DNA of 64,000 nucleotides from the human T2T-CHM13v2.0 reference genome, Homo sapiens. Both the position numbers and the translations under genes were made by a program. Positions 1-12,500 of this stretch are shown in pieces. Position 1 is the first letter of the stretch, and every line of letters begins with the position of its first letter. The notes below the pieces were generated by a model. It had not been told where the DNA came from and searched no databases. It saw only the letters and a program-made list of their open reading frames with translations. Location: the NCBI RefSeq assembly GCF_009914755.1, contig NC_060948.1, one strand, 5' to 3'.

Positions 1-925
1 AAATGAAATCGAACCACAAGGAATGGACAGGAATAGAATGGTCTCGAATTGAATGGAATCGTATGGAATGGCATCAAACGGAATGGAATGGACGGCCACG
101 GAATGGAATGCACTCGAATGCAATGGAGTCGAAACTAATGGACTGGAATAGAATGGACTCGACTGGTACGGACTCCAATGGAATGGAATCGAATGGAAGG
201 GAATCGAACGGAATGGACTCGAAGGGAAAAGACTGCAATGGAAAGGTCTCGAATGGAATGGAAATTAATGGAATGGAATGGAATCGAATGAAATGGAGTC
301 AAAAGGAATGGAATCGAATGGCAAGAAATCGAATGTAATGGAATCGCAAGGAATTGATGTGAACGGAACGGAATGGAATGGAATCCAAAGGAATGGAATA
401 GAATGGAATGGAATCGAATGGAAAGGACTCGAATGGAAATCACTCGAATAGAATGCAATTTAATAAAATAGGATCAAATGTAATGGAATGGAATGGAAAG
501 GAATAGAAACGAAAGGAATGGAGACAGATGGAATGGAATGGAACAGAGAGCAATGGTATAGAATGGAATGGAATCATCTGGAATGGAATTGAATGGAATG
601 GAATAATATGAAATGGAATGGAATGGAATGGAATGCCCTTGAATTAAATGGACTGGAATGGAATGGACTCGAACAGAGTGGAATGGAAAGTGTTGAAATA
701 GAATGGAATGGACTCGTTTGGAATGGTCTAGTATGCAATGCAATAGACTGGCAGGGAATCAAAAGGAATGTAATCGAATGGATTGGACTGGAATGCAATG
801 GACTCGAATAGATTGGAAACGGAAAGCAAAGGAATGGAATGGAATAGTATGGAATGGAATGCAAAGGAATGGAGTGGAATAGACTAGAGTGGAATGGAAT
901 GGACTCGAAAGCAATGGACTGGAAT

Positions 926-940
926 GGAACTTTCTTGAAT
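926..940. promoter_or_regulatory. Perfect three-pentamer heat-shock-element match gGAAc tTTCt tGAAt (recurs once per unit)
   Basis: Sequence ggaactttcttgaat fits nGAAnnTTCnnGAAn. It is present at the homologous site of every unit except ~39920 (tgaaactttc). Motif match only; binding is not shown. Confidence 0.55.
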
Positions 941-3163
941 GGACTGGAATCAAACGGAATGGAATGCAATGCAATCAAATGGCATGGAATAAAATAGAAT
1001 GAAAGAGAATCAAATGGAATTGAATCGAATGGAATCGAATGGATTGGAAAGGAATAGAATGGAATGGAATGGAATTGACTCAAATGGAATGGACTAGAAT
1101 GGAATGGATTCGAATGGAAGGCAAAGGAATGGAATCTATTGGAATGGACTCTAATGGAATGGAATGGAAGGGATTGGAATGGACTCGAATGGAATGGACT
1201 GCAGTAGAAAGGATTCGAATGGAATGAAAAAGAATTGAATGGAATAGAACAGAATGGAATCAAATCGAATGAAATGGAATGGAATAGAAAGGAATGGAAT
1301 GAAATGGAACGGAAAGGATTCGAATGGAATGCAATCGAATGGAATGCAATCGAATGGAATGGAATCGAACGGAATGGAATAAAATGGAAGAAAACTGGCA
1401 AGAAATGGAATCGAAATGAATGGAGTGTTATGGAACGGACTCAAAAGGAATTGAATGTAATAGAATGGAGTGGAGTGGACTCGAATATAATGGACTAGAA
1501 TGGAATGAAATCACATGGAATGGGATCGAATGGAATGGAATGGAAAGGAATGGAATCGAATGGAAAGGAATCGAATGGAAGGGAATGAAATTGAATCAAC
1601 AGGAATGGAAGGGAGTAGAATAGACGGTAATGGAATGGACTCGAATAGAATGGACACGAATGCTCAAATTGAATGGACTCGAATGGAATGGCAACGAAAG
1701 GAATGTCATCGAATGGAATTGAATCGATTGGAATGAAATCACATAGAATGGAGTGGAATCAAATGGAATTGAATCGAAAGGAAAGGAAGCGAATGGACTG
1801 AAATGAAATGGAATGGAATTGAATGGAAATTAATGCAATGGAATAGAATGGAACGAAATTTCACGGAATGGAATCAAACTGAATGGAATCAAATCAATGG
1901 AATATAATCAAATGGAATGGAAAGGAATTGAATGGAGTAGATTGAATTGGATGGGATTGGAATGAAATGTACTGGAAAGGACTCGAATTTCATGAAACGG
2001 AATGGAATGAATTAGAACGGAATGGACTCGAATGGAATGGAATGTCATGGAATGGCATCAAATGGAATGGAATCGAATGCGATGGAATGCTATGGAATGG
2101 AATGGAATGCATTGGAGTGGAATGTCCTCTAATGGAATGTATTCGAGTGGAATGGAATCGAATATAATGGAGTCTAATGAAATGGAATTGAAAGGAATGG
2201 GACCGAATACAATGGAATATACTGGAATGTAATGTAATGAACTCGAATGTAATTGACTGGAATGGAATGTACATGAATGGAATGTAATCGAATGGAAAGC
2301 AATCCAATGGAATAGAATCTAATGCAATAAAATGGACTCAAATAGAGTAGAATGTAATGGAATGGAGTGCAGTGCAATGGAATGGAATGGAATGGAATGC
2401 AATGGAATGGAATGGAATGTAATGGGATGGAATGGTATGGAATGGATAGTAATGGACTGGAGTGAAATGGACTGGAAAAGAATGGACTCAAATTGAAAGG
2501 GCTCGAAAGGAATGGAGTCAAATGGAATGGTCTGGAATGGAATGAACACGAATGTAATGCAATCCAATAGAATGGAATCGAATGGCATGGAATATAAAGA
2601 AATGGAATCGAAGAGAATGGAAACAAATGGAATGGAATTGAATGGAATGGAATTGAATGGAATGGGAACGAATGGAGTGAAATTGTATGCAGTAGAAGAG
2701 AATAGAATGGAATGCAAGCGAAAGGAAAGGAATGGATTGGAATGGAATGGAATTCATTGGAATGGAAGGGAATGTAGTGTAATGGACAGGCCTGGAATAA
2801 AGTGGAATGCTACGGTCTCGAATGGAATAAAAATGTATGGAACGGAATGCAATGAAACGGAATCGAATGTCATAGAATGTAATGGAATGCAAAAAAATGG
2901 ACTCCAAAATCATTGACTGGAAAGGCTGGGTGTCGAAAGGAATTGACTCCAATGGAATGGAATCGAATGGAATGGAAGTGAATAGAATCGAACTAAATCG
3001 AATGGAATGGAATTGATAGGAACGGAATGGAAAGGAATGCAATGATTTGGCATGGAATGGAATCGAATGGCATCGAATGGAATGGAATGGAATGCAATGG
3101 AATGGAATGTATTAGAATGTAATGAACTTTAATGGAATGTACTCGAATGGATTCGACTGGAAT

Positions 3164-3178
3164 GGAATGTTCTCGAAG
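3164..3178. promoter_or_regulatory. Perfect heat-shock-element match gGAAt gTTCt cGAAg (gGAAg in B/C units; recurs once per unit)
   Basis: ggaatgttctcgaag and ggaatgttctggaag both fit nGAAnnTTCnnGAAn. The match is broken only at ~38631 (gatctggaag). Motif match only. Confidence 0.55.
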
Positions 3179-3433
3179 TGAATGGACTCCAATGGAATGG
3201 ATTCGAAAGGAATGGAATCTAATGGAATGGAATTAAATGGAAATGAATCAAATTGAATAGAACGGAATTGAATTGAATGGAATCGAATGCAATGGAATCT
3301 AATGAAACGGAAAGGAAAGGAATGGAATGGATTGGAATGGAATGGGCTGGAATGGAATGGAATCGAAACGAATGGAATGGAATCGAACTGAAGAGACTGG
3401 AATGGAATGCACTGGAATGGAAGGGAATGTAAT

Positions 3434-3448
3434 GGAAGGTTCTCGAAA
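3434..3448. promoter_or_regulatory. Perfect heat-shock-element match gGAAg gTTCt cGAAa (recurs once per unit)
   Basis: ggaaggttctcgaaa fits nGAAnnTTCnnGAAn and lies 270 bp after the previous site in this unit. It is broken in the two C units (ggatctcg, ~28303 and ~31821). Motif match only. Confidence 0.55.
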
Positions 3449-6400
3449 AAAATGGAATCGAAAGGAATGGAATTGAATGGAACGGAATAGAGTCGAATGG
3501 AATTGAATGGAATGGAATGGACTAGAGTGAAATGGAATCGAACCACAAGGAATGGACAGGAATAGAATGGTCTCGAATTGAATGGAATCGTATGGAATGG
3601 CATCAAACGGAATGGAATGGACAGCCACGGAATGGAATGGACACCCACGGAATGGAATGCACTCGAATGCAATGGAGTCGACACTAATGGACTGGAATAG
3701 AATGGACTCGACTGGTACGGACTCCAATGGAATGGAATCGAATGGAAGGGAATCGAAAGGAATGGACTCGAAGGGAAAAGACTGCAATGGAAAGGTCTCC
3801 AATGGAATGGAAATTAATGGAATGGGATGGAATCGAATGAAATGGAGTCAAAAGGAATGGAATCGAATGGCAAGAAATCGAATGTAATGGAATCGCAAGG
3901 AATTGATGTGAACGGAACGGAATGGAATGGAATCCAAAGGAATGGAATAGAATGGAATGGAATCGAATGGAAAGGACTCGAATGGAAATCACTCGAATAG
4001 AATGCAATTTAATAAAATAGGATCAAATGTAATGGAATGGAATGGAAAGGAATAGAAACGAAAGGAATGGAGACAGATGGAATGGAATGGAACAGAGAGC
4101 AATGGTATAGAATGGAATGGAATCATCTGGAATGGAATTGAATGGAATGGAATAATATGAAATGGAATGGAATTTAATGGAATGGAATGCCCTTGTATTA
4201 AATGGACTGGAATGGAATGGACTCGAACAGAGTGGAATGGAAAGTGTTGAAATAGAATGGAATGGACTCGTTTGGAATGGTCTAGTATGCAATGCAATCG
4301 ACTGGCAGGGAATCAAAAGGAATGTAATCGAATGGATTGGACTGGAATGCAATGGACTCGAATAGATTGGAAACGGAAAGCAAAGGAATGGAATGGAATA
4401 GTATGGAATGGAATGGAAAGGAATGGGGAGGAATAGACTAGAGTGGAATGGAATGGACTCGAAAGCAATGGACTGGAATGGAACTTTCTTGAATGGACTG
4501 GAATCAAAGGGAATGGAATGCAATGCAATCAAATGGCATGGAATAAAATAGAATGAAAGAGAATCAAATGGAATTGAATCGAATGGAATCGAATGGATTG
4601 GAAAGGAATAGAATGGAATGGAATGGAATTGACTCAAATGGAATGGACTAGAATGGAATGGATTCGAATGGAAGGCAAAGGAATGGAATCTATTGGAATG
4701 GACTGTAATGGAATGGAATGGAAGGGATTGGAATGGACTCGAATGGAATGGACTGCAATAGAAAGGATTCGAATGGAATGAAAAAGAATTGAATGGAATA
4801 GAACAGAATGGAATCAAATCGAATGAAATGGAATGGAATAGAAAGGAATGGAATGAAATGGAATGGAAAGGATTCGAATGGAATGCAATCGAATGGAATG
4901 AAATCGAATGGAATGGAATCGAACGGAATGGAATAAAATGGAAGAAAACTGGCAAGAAATGGAGTCGAAATGAATGGAGTGTTATGGAACGGACTCAAAA
5001 GGAATTGAATGTAATAGAATGGAGTGGAGTGGACTCGAATATAATGGACTGGAATGGAATGAAATCACATGGAATGGGAACGAATGGAATGGAATGGAAA
5101 GGAATGGAATCGAATGGAAAGGAATCGAATGGAAGGGAATGAAATTGAATCAACAGGAATGGAAGGGAGTAGAATAGACGGTAATGGAATGGACTCGAAT
5201 AGAATGGACACGAATGCTCAAATTGAATGGACTCGAATGGAATGGAAACGAAAGGAATGTCATCGAATGGAATTGAATCGATTGGAATGAAATCACATAG
5301 AATGGAGTGGAATCAAATGGAATTGAATCGAAAGGAAAGGAAGCGAATGGACTGAAATGAAATGGAATGGAATTGAATGGAAATTAATGCAATGGAATAG
5401 AATGGAACGAAATTTCACGGAATGGAATCAAACTGAATGGAATCAAATCAATGGAATATAATCAAATGGAATGGAAAGGAATTGAATGGAGTAGATGGGA
5501 TTGGATGGGATTGGAATGAAATGTACTGGAAAGGACTCGAATTTCATGAAACGGAATGGAATGAATTAGAACGGAATGGACTCGAATGGAATGGAATGTC
5601 ATGGAATGGCATCAAATGGAATGGAATCGAATGCGATGGAATGCTATGGAATGGAATGGAATGCATTGGAATGGAATGTCCTCTAATGGAATGTATTCGA
5701 GTGGAATGGAATCGAATATAATGGAGTCTAATGAAAGGGAATTGAAAGGAGTGGGACCGAATACAATGGAATATACTGGAATGTAATGTAATGAACTCGA
5801 ATGTAATTGACTGGAATGGAATGTACATGAATGGAATGTAATCGAATGGAAAGCAATCCAATGGAATAGAATCTAATGCAATAAAATGGACTCAAATAGA
5901 GTAGAATGTAATGGAATGGAGTGCAGTGCAATGGAATGGAATGGAATGGAATGCAATGGAATGGAATGGAATGGGATGGAATGGTATGGAATGGATAGTA
6001 ATGGACTGGAGTGAAATGGACTGGAAAAGAATGGACTCAAATTGAAAGGGCTCGAAAGGAATGGAGTCAAATGGAATGGTCTGGAATGGAATGAACATGA
6101 ATGTAATGCAATCCAATAGAATGGAATCGAATGGCATGGAATATAAAGAAATGGAATCGAAGAGAATGGAAACAAATGGAATGGAATTGAATGGAATGGA
6201 ATTGAATGGAATGGGAACGAATGGAGTGAAATTGTATGCAGTAGAAGAGAATAGAATGGAATGCAAGCGAAAGGAAAGGAATGGATTGGAATGGAATGGA
6301 ATTCATTGGAATGGAAGGGAATGTAGTGTAATGGACAGGCCTGGAATAAAGTGGAATGCTACGGTCTCGAATGGAATAAAAATGTATGGAATGGAATGCA

Positions 6401-9400
6401 ATGAAACGGAATCGAATGTCATAGAATGTAATGGAATGTAAAAAAATGGAATCCAAAATCATTGACTGGAAAGGCTGGGTGTCGAAAGGAATTGACTCCA
6501 ATGGAATGGAATCGAATGGAATGGAAGTGAATAGAATCGAACTAAATCGAATGGAATGGAATTGATAGGAACGGAATGGAAAGGAATGCAATGATTTGGC
6601 ATGGAATGGAATCGAATGGCATCGAATGGAATGGAATGGAATGCAATGGAATGGAATGTATTAGAATGTAATGAACTTTAATGGAATGTACTCGAATGGA
6701 TTCGACTGGAATGGAATGTTCTCGAAGTGAATGGACTCCAATGGAATGGATTCGAAAGGAATGGAATCTAATGGAATGGAATTAAATGGAAATGAATCAA
6801 ATTGAATAGAACGGAATTGAATTGAATGGAATCGAATGCAATGGAATCTAATGAAACGGAAAGGAAAGGAATGGAATGGATTGGAATGGAATGGGCTGGA
6901 ATGGAATGGAATCGAAACGAATGGAATGGAATCGAACTGAAGAGACTGGAATGGAATGCACTGGAATGGAAGGGAATGTAATGGAAGGTTCTCGAAAAAA
7001 ATGGAATCGAAAGGAATGGAATTGAATGGAACGGAATAGAGTCGAATGGAATTCAATGGAATGGAATGGACTAGAGTGAAATGGAATCGAACCACAAGGA
7101 ATGGACAGGAATAGAATGGTCTCGAATTGAATGGAATCGTATGGAATGGCATCAAACGGAATGGAATGGACAGCCACGGAATGGAATGGACACCCACGGA
7201 ATGGAATGCACTCGAATGCAATGGAGTCGACACTAATGGACTGGAATAGAATGGACACGACTGGTACGGACTCCAATGGAATGGAATCGAATGGAAGGGA
7301 ATCGAACGGAATGGACTCGAAGGGAAAAGACTGCAATGGAAAGGTCTCCAATGGAATGGAAATTAATGGAATGGAATGGAATCGAACGAAATGGAGTCAA
7401 AAGGAATGGAATCGAATGGCAAGAAATCGAATGTAATGGAATCGCATGGAATTGATGTGAACGGAACGGAATGGAATGGAATCCAAAGGAATGGAATAGA
7501 ATGGAATGGAATCGAATGGAAAGGACTCGAATGGAAATCACTCGAATAGAATGCAATTTAATAAAATAGGATCAAATGTAATGGAATGGAATGGAAAGGA
7601 ATCGAAACGAAAGGAAAGGAGACAGATGGAATGGAATGGAACAGAGAGCAATGGTATAGAATGGAATGGAATCATCTGGAATGGAATTGAATGGAATGGA
7701 ATAATATGAAATGGAATGGAATTTAATGGAATGGAATGCCCTTGTATTAAATGGACTGGAATGGAATGGACTCGAACAGAGTGGAATGGAAAGTGTTGAA
7801 ATAGAATGGAATGGACTCGTTTGGAATGGTCTAGTATGCAATGCAATCGACTGGCAGGGAATCAAAAGGAATGTAATCGAATGGATTGGACTGGAATGCA
7901 ATGGACTCGAATAGATTGGAAACGGAAAGCAAAGGAATGGAATGGAATAGTATGGAATGGAATGGAAAGGAATGGAGAGGAATAGACTAGAGTGGAATGG
8001 AATGGACTCGAAAGCAATGGACTGGAATGGAACTTTCTTGAATGGACTGGAATCAAAGGGAATGGAATGCAATGCAATCAAATGGCATGGAATAAAATAG
8101 AATGAAAGAGAATCAAATGGAATTGAATCGAATGGAATCGAATGGATTGGAAAGGAATAGAATGGAATGGAATGGAATTGACTCAAATGGAATGGACTAG
8201 AATGGAATGGATTCGAATGGAAGGCAAAGGAATGGAATCTATTGGAATGGACTGTAATGGAATGGAATGGAAGGGATTGGAATGGACTCGAATGGAATGG
8301 ACTGCAATAGAAAGGATTCGAATGGAATGAAAAAGAATTGAATGGAATAGAACAGAATGGAATCAAATCGAATGAAATGGAATGGAATAGAAAGGAATGG
8401 AATGAAATGGAATGGAAAGGATTCGAATGGAATGCAATCGAATGGAATGAAATCGAATGGAATGGAATCGAACGGAATGGAATAAAATGGAAGAAAACTG
8501 GCAAGAAATGGAGTCGAAATGAATGGAGTGTTATGGAACGGACTCAAAAGGAATTGAATGTAATAGAATGGAGTGGAGTGGACTCGAATATAATGGACTG
8601 GAATGGAATGAAATCACATGGAATGGGAACGAATGGAATGGAATGGAAAGGAATGGAATCGAATGGAAAGGAATCGAATGGAAGGGAATGAAATTGAATC
8701 AACAGGAATGGAAGGGAGTAGAATAGACGGTAATGGAATGGACTCGAATAGAATGGACACGAATGCTCAAATTGAATGGACTCGAATGGAATGGAAACGA
8801 AAGGAATGTCATCGAATGGAATTGAATCGATTGGAATGAAATCACATAGAATGGAGTGGAATCAAATGGAATTGAATCGAAAGGAAAGGAAGCGAATGGA
8901 CTGAAATGAAATGGAATGGAATTGAATTGAAATTAATGCAATGGAATAGAATGGAACGAAATTTCACGGAATGGAATCAAACTGAATGGAATCAAATCAA
9001 TGGAATATAATCAAATGGAATGGAAAGGAATTGAATGGAGTAGATTGGATTGGATGGGATTGGAATGAAATGTACTGGAAAGGACTCGAATTTCATGAAA
9101 CGGAATGGAATGAATTAGAACGGAATGGACTCGAATGGAATGGAATGTCATGGAATGGCATCAAATGGAATGGAATCGAATGCCATGGAATGCTATGGAA
9201 TGGAATGGAATGCATTGGAATGGAATGTCCTCTAATGGAATGTATTCGAGTGGAATGGAATCGAATATAATGGAGTCTAATGAAAGGGAATTGAAAGGAA
9301 TGGGACCGAATACAATGGAATATACTGGAATGTAATGTAATGAACTCGAATGTAATTGACTGGAATGGAATGTACATGAATGGAATGTAATCGAATGGAA

Positions 9401-9469
9401 AGCAATCCAATGGAATAGAATCTAATGCAATAAAATGGACTCAAATAGAGTAGAATGTAATGGAATGGA

Positions 9470-9546
9470 GTGCAGTGCAATGGAATGGAATGGAATGGAA
9501 TGCAATGGAATGGAATGGAATGGAATGGAATGGAATGGAATGGGAT
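9470..9546 (+). repeat. Near-pure (GGAAT)n tract, length-variable between units (one of the longest alleles shown)
   Basis: The distance from gtgcagtgc to the downstream gggat landmark varies in 5-bp steps across the 18 copies, from 47 to 72 bp. Confidence 0.85.
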
Positions 9547-12500
9547 GGAATGGTATGGAATGGATAGTAATGGACTGGAGTGAAATGGACTGGAAAAGAA
9601 GGGACTCAAATTGAAAGGGCTCGAAAGGAATGGAGTCAAATGGAATGGTCTGGAATGGAATGAACACGAATGTAATGCAATCCAATAGAATGGAATCGAA
9701 TGGCATGGAATATAAAGAAATGGAATCGAAGAGAATGGAAACAAATGGAATGGAATTGAATGGAATGGAATTGAATGGAATGGGAACGAATGGAGTGAAA
9801 TTGTATGCAGTAGAAGAGAATAGAATGGAATGCAAGCGAAAGGAAAGGAATGGATTGGAATGGAATGGAATTCATTGGAATGGAAGGGAATGTAGTGTAA
9901 TGGACAGGCCTGGAATAAAGTGGAATGCTACGGTCTCGAATGGAATAAAAATGTATGGAATGGAATGCAATGAAACGGAATCGAATGTCATAGAATGTAA
10001 TGGAATGCAAAAAAATGGACTCCAAAATCATTGACTGGAAAGGCTGGGTGTCGAAAGGAATTGACTCCAATGGAATGGAATCGAATGGAATGGAAGTGAA
10101 TAGAATGGAACTAAATCGAATGGAATGGAATTGATAGGAACGGAATGGAAAGGAATGCAATGATTTGGCATGGAATGGAATCGAATGGCATCGAATGGAA
10201 TGGAATGGAATGCAATGGAATGGAATGTATTAGAATGTAATGAACTTTAATGGAATGTACTCGAATGGATTCGACTGGAATGGAATGTTCTCGAAGTGAA
10301 TGGACTCCAATGGAATGGATTCGAAAGGAATGGAATCTAATGGAATGGAATTAAATGGAAATGAATCAAATTGAATAGAACGGAATTGAATTGAATGGAA
10401 TCGAATGCAATGGAATCTAATGAAACGGAAAGGAAAGGAATGGAATGGATTGGAATGGAATGGGCTGGAATGGAATGGAATCGAAACGAATGGAATGGAA
10501 TCGAACTGAAGAGACTGGAATGGAATGCACTGGAATGGAAGGGAATGTAATGGAAGGTTCTCGAAAAAAATGGAATCGAAAGGAATGGAATTGAATGGAA
10601 CGGAATAGAGTCGAATGGAGTTCAATGGAATGGAATGGACTAGAGTGAAATGGAATCGAACCACAAGGAATGGACAGGAATAGAATGGTCTCGAATTGAA
10701 TGGAATCGTATGGAATGGCATCAAACGGAATGGAATGGACAGCCACGGAATGGAATGGACACCCACGGAATGGAATGCACTCGAATGCAATGGAGTCGAC
10801 ACTAATGGACTGGAATAGAATGGACTCGACTGGTACGGACTCCAATGGAATGGAATCGAATGGAAGGGAATCGAACGGAATGGACTCGAAGGGAAAAGAC
10901 TGCAATGGAAAGGTCTCCAATGGAATGGAAATTAATGGAATGGAATGGAATCGAATGAAATGGAGTCAAAAGGAATGGAATCGAATGGCAAGAAATCGAA
11001 TGTAATGGAATCGCAAGGAATTGATGTGAACGGAACGGAATGGAATGGAATCCAAAGGAATGGAATAGAATGGAATGGAATCGAATGGAAAGGACTCGAA
11101 TGGAAATCACTCGAATAGAATGCAATTTAATAAAATAGGATCAAATGTAATGGAATGGAATGGAAAGGAATCGAAACGAAAGGAATGGAGACAGATGGAA
11201 TGGAATGGAACAGAGAGCAATGGTATAGAATGGAATGGAATCATCTGGAATGGAATTGAATGGAATGGAATAATATGAAATGGAATGGAATGGAATGGAA
11301 TGTCCTTGAATTAAATGGACTGGAATGGAATGGACTCGAACAGAGTGGAATGGAAAGTGTTGAAATAGAATGGAATGGACTCGTTTGGAATGGTCTAGTA
11401 TGCAATGCAATCGACTGGCAGGGAATCAAAAGGAATGTAATCGAATGGATTGGACTGGAATGCAATGGACTCGAATAGATTGGAAACGGAAAGCAAAGGA
11501 ATGGAATGGAATAGTATGGAATGGAATGGAAAGGAATGGAGAGGAATAGACTAGAGTGGAATGGAATGGACTGGAAAGCAATGGACTGGAATGGAACTTT
11601 CTTGAATGGACTGGAATCAAACGGAATGGAATGCAATGCAATCAAATGGCATGGAATAAAATACAATGAAAGAGAATCAAATGGAATTGAATCGAATGGA
11701 ATCGAATGGATTGGAAAGGAATAGAATGGAATGGAATGGAATTGACTCAAATGGAATGGACTAGAATGGAATGGATTCGAATGGAAGGCAAAGGAATGGA
11801 ATCTATTGGAATGGACTGTAATGGAATGGAATGGAAAGGATTTGAATGGACTGCAATAGAAAGGATTCGAATGGAATGAAAAAGAATTGAATGGAATAGA
11901 ACAGAATGGAATCAAATCGAATGAAATGGAATGGAATAGAAAGGAATGGAATGAAATGGAATGGAAAGGATTCGAATGGAATGCAATCGAATGGAATGCA
12001 ATCGAATGGAATGGAATCGAACGGAATGGAATAAAATGGAAGAAAACTGGCAAGAAATGGAGTCGAAATGAATGGAGTGTTATGGAACCGACTCAAAAGG
12101 AATTGAATGTAATAGAATGGAGTGGAGTGGACTCGAATATAATGGACTGGAATGGAATGAAATCACATGGAATGGGAACGAATGGAATGGAATGGAAAGG
12201 AATGGAATCGAATGGAAAGGAATCGAATGGAAGGGAATGAAATTGAATCAACAGGAATGGAAGGGAGTAGAATAGACGGTAATGGAATGGACTCGAATAG
12301 AATGGACACGAATGCTCAAATTGAATGGACTCGAATGGAATGGAAACGAAAGGAATGTCATCGAATGGAATTGAATCGATTGGAATGAAATCACATAGAA
12401 TGGAGTGGAATCAAATGGAATTGAATCGAAAGGAAAGGAAGCGAATGGACTGAAATGAAATGGAATGGAATTGAATGGAAATTAATGCAATGGAATAGAA

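Larger units (their letters stand above)
2791..6339 (+). repeat. DYZ1: First complete DYZ1 unit (HaeIII to HaeIII, 3549 bp); representative of 17 complete units
   Basis: GGCC starts at 2789, 6338, 9907, 13446, 17005, 20558, 24126, 27659, 31177, 34716, 38250, 41804, 45333, 48881, 52429, 55977, 59490 and 63057. This gives unit lengths of 3549, 3569, 3539, 3559, 3553, 3568, 3533, 3518, 3539, 3534, 3554, 3529, 3548, 3548, 3548, 3513 and 3567 bp. Confidence 0.95.

Noticed and set aside
455-2835. About six AATAAA hexamers per unit on the + strand (e.g. ~462, 988, 1378, 2327, 2796, 2826)
   Set aside because: They arise readily from GGAAT pentamer variants in an A-rich strand. There is no downstream GU-rich element or transcript evidence to call polyadenylation sites.
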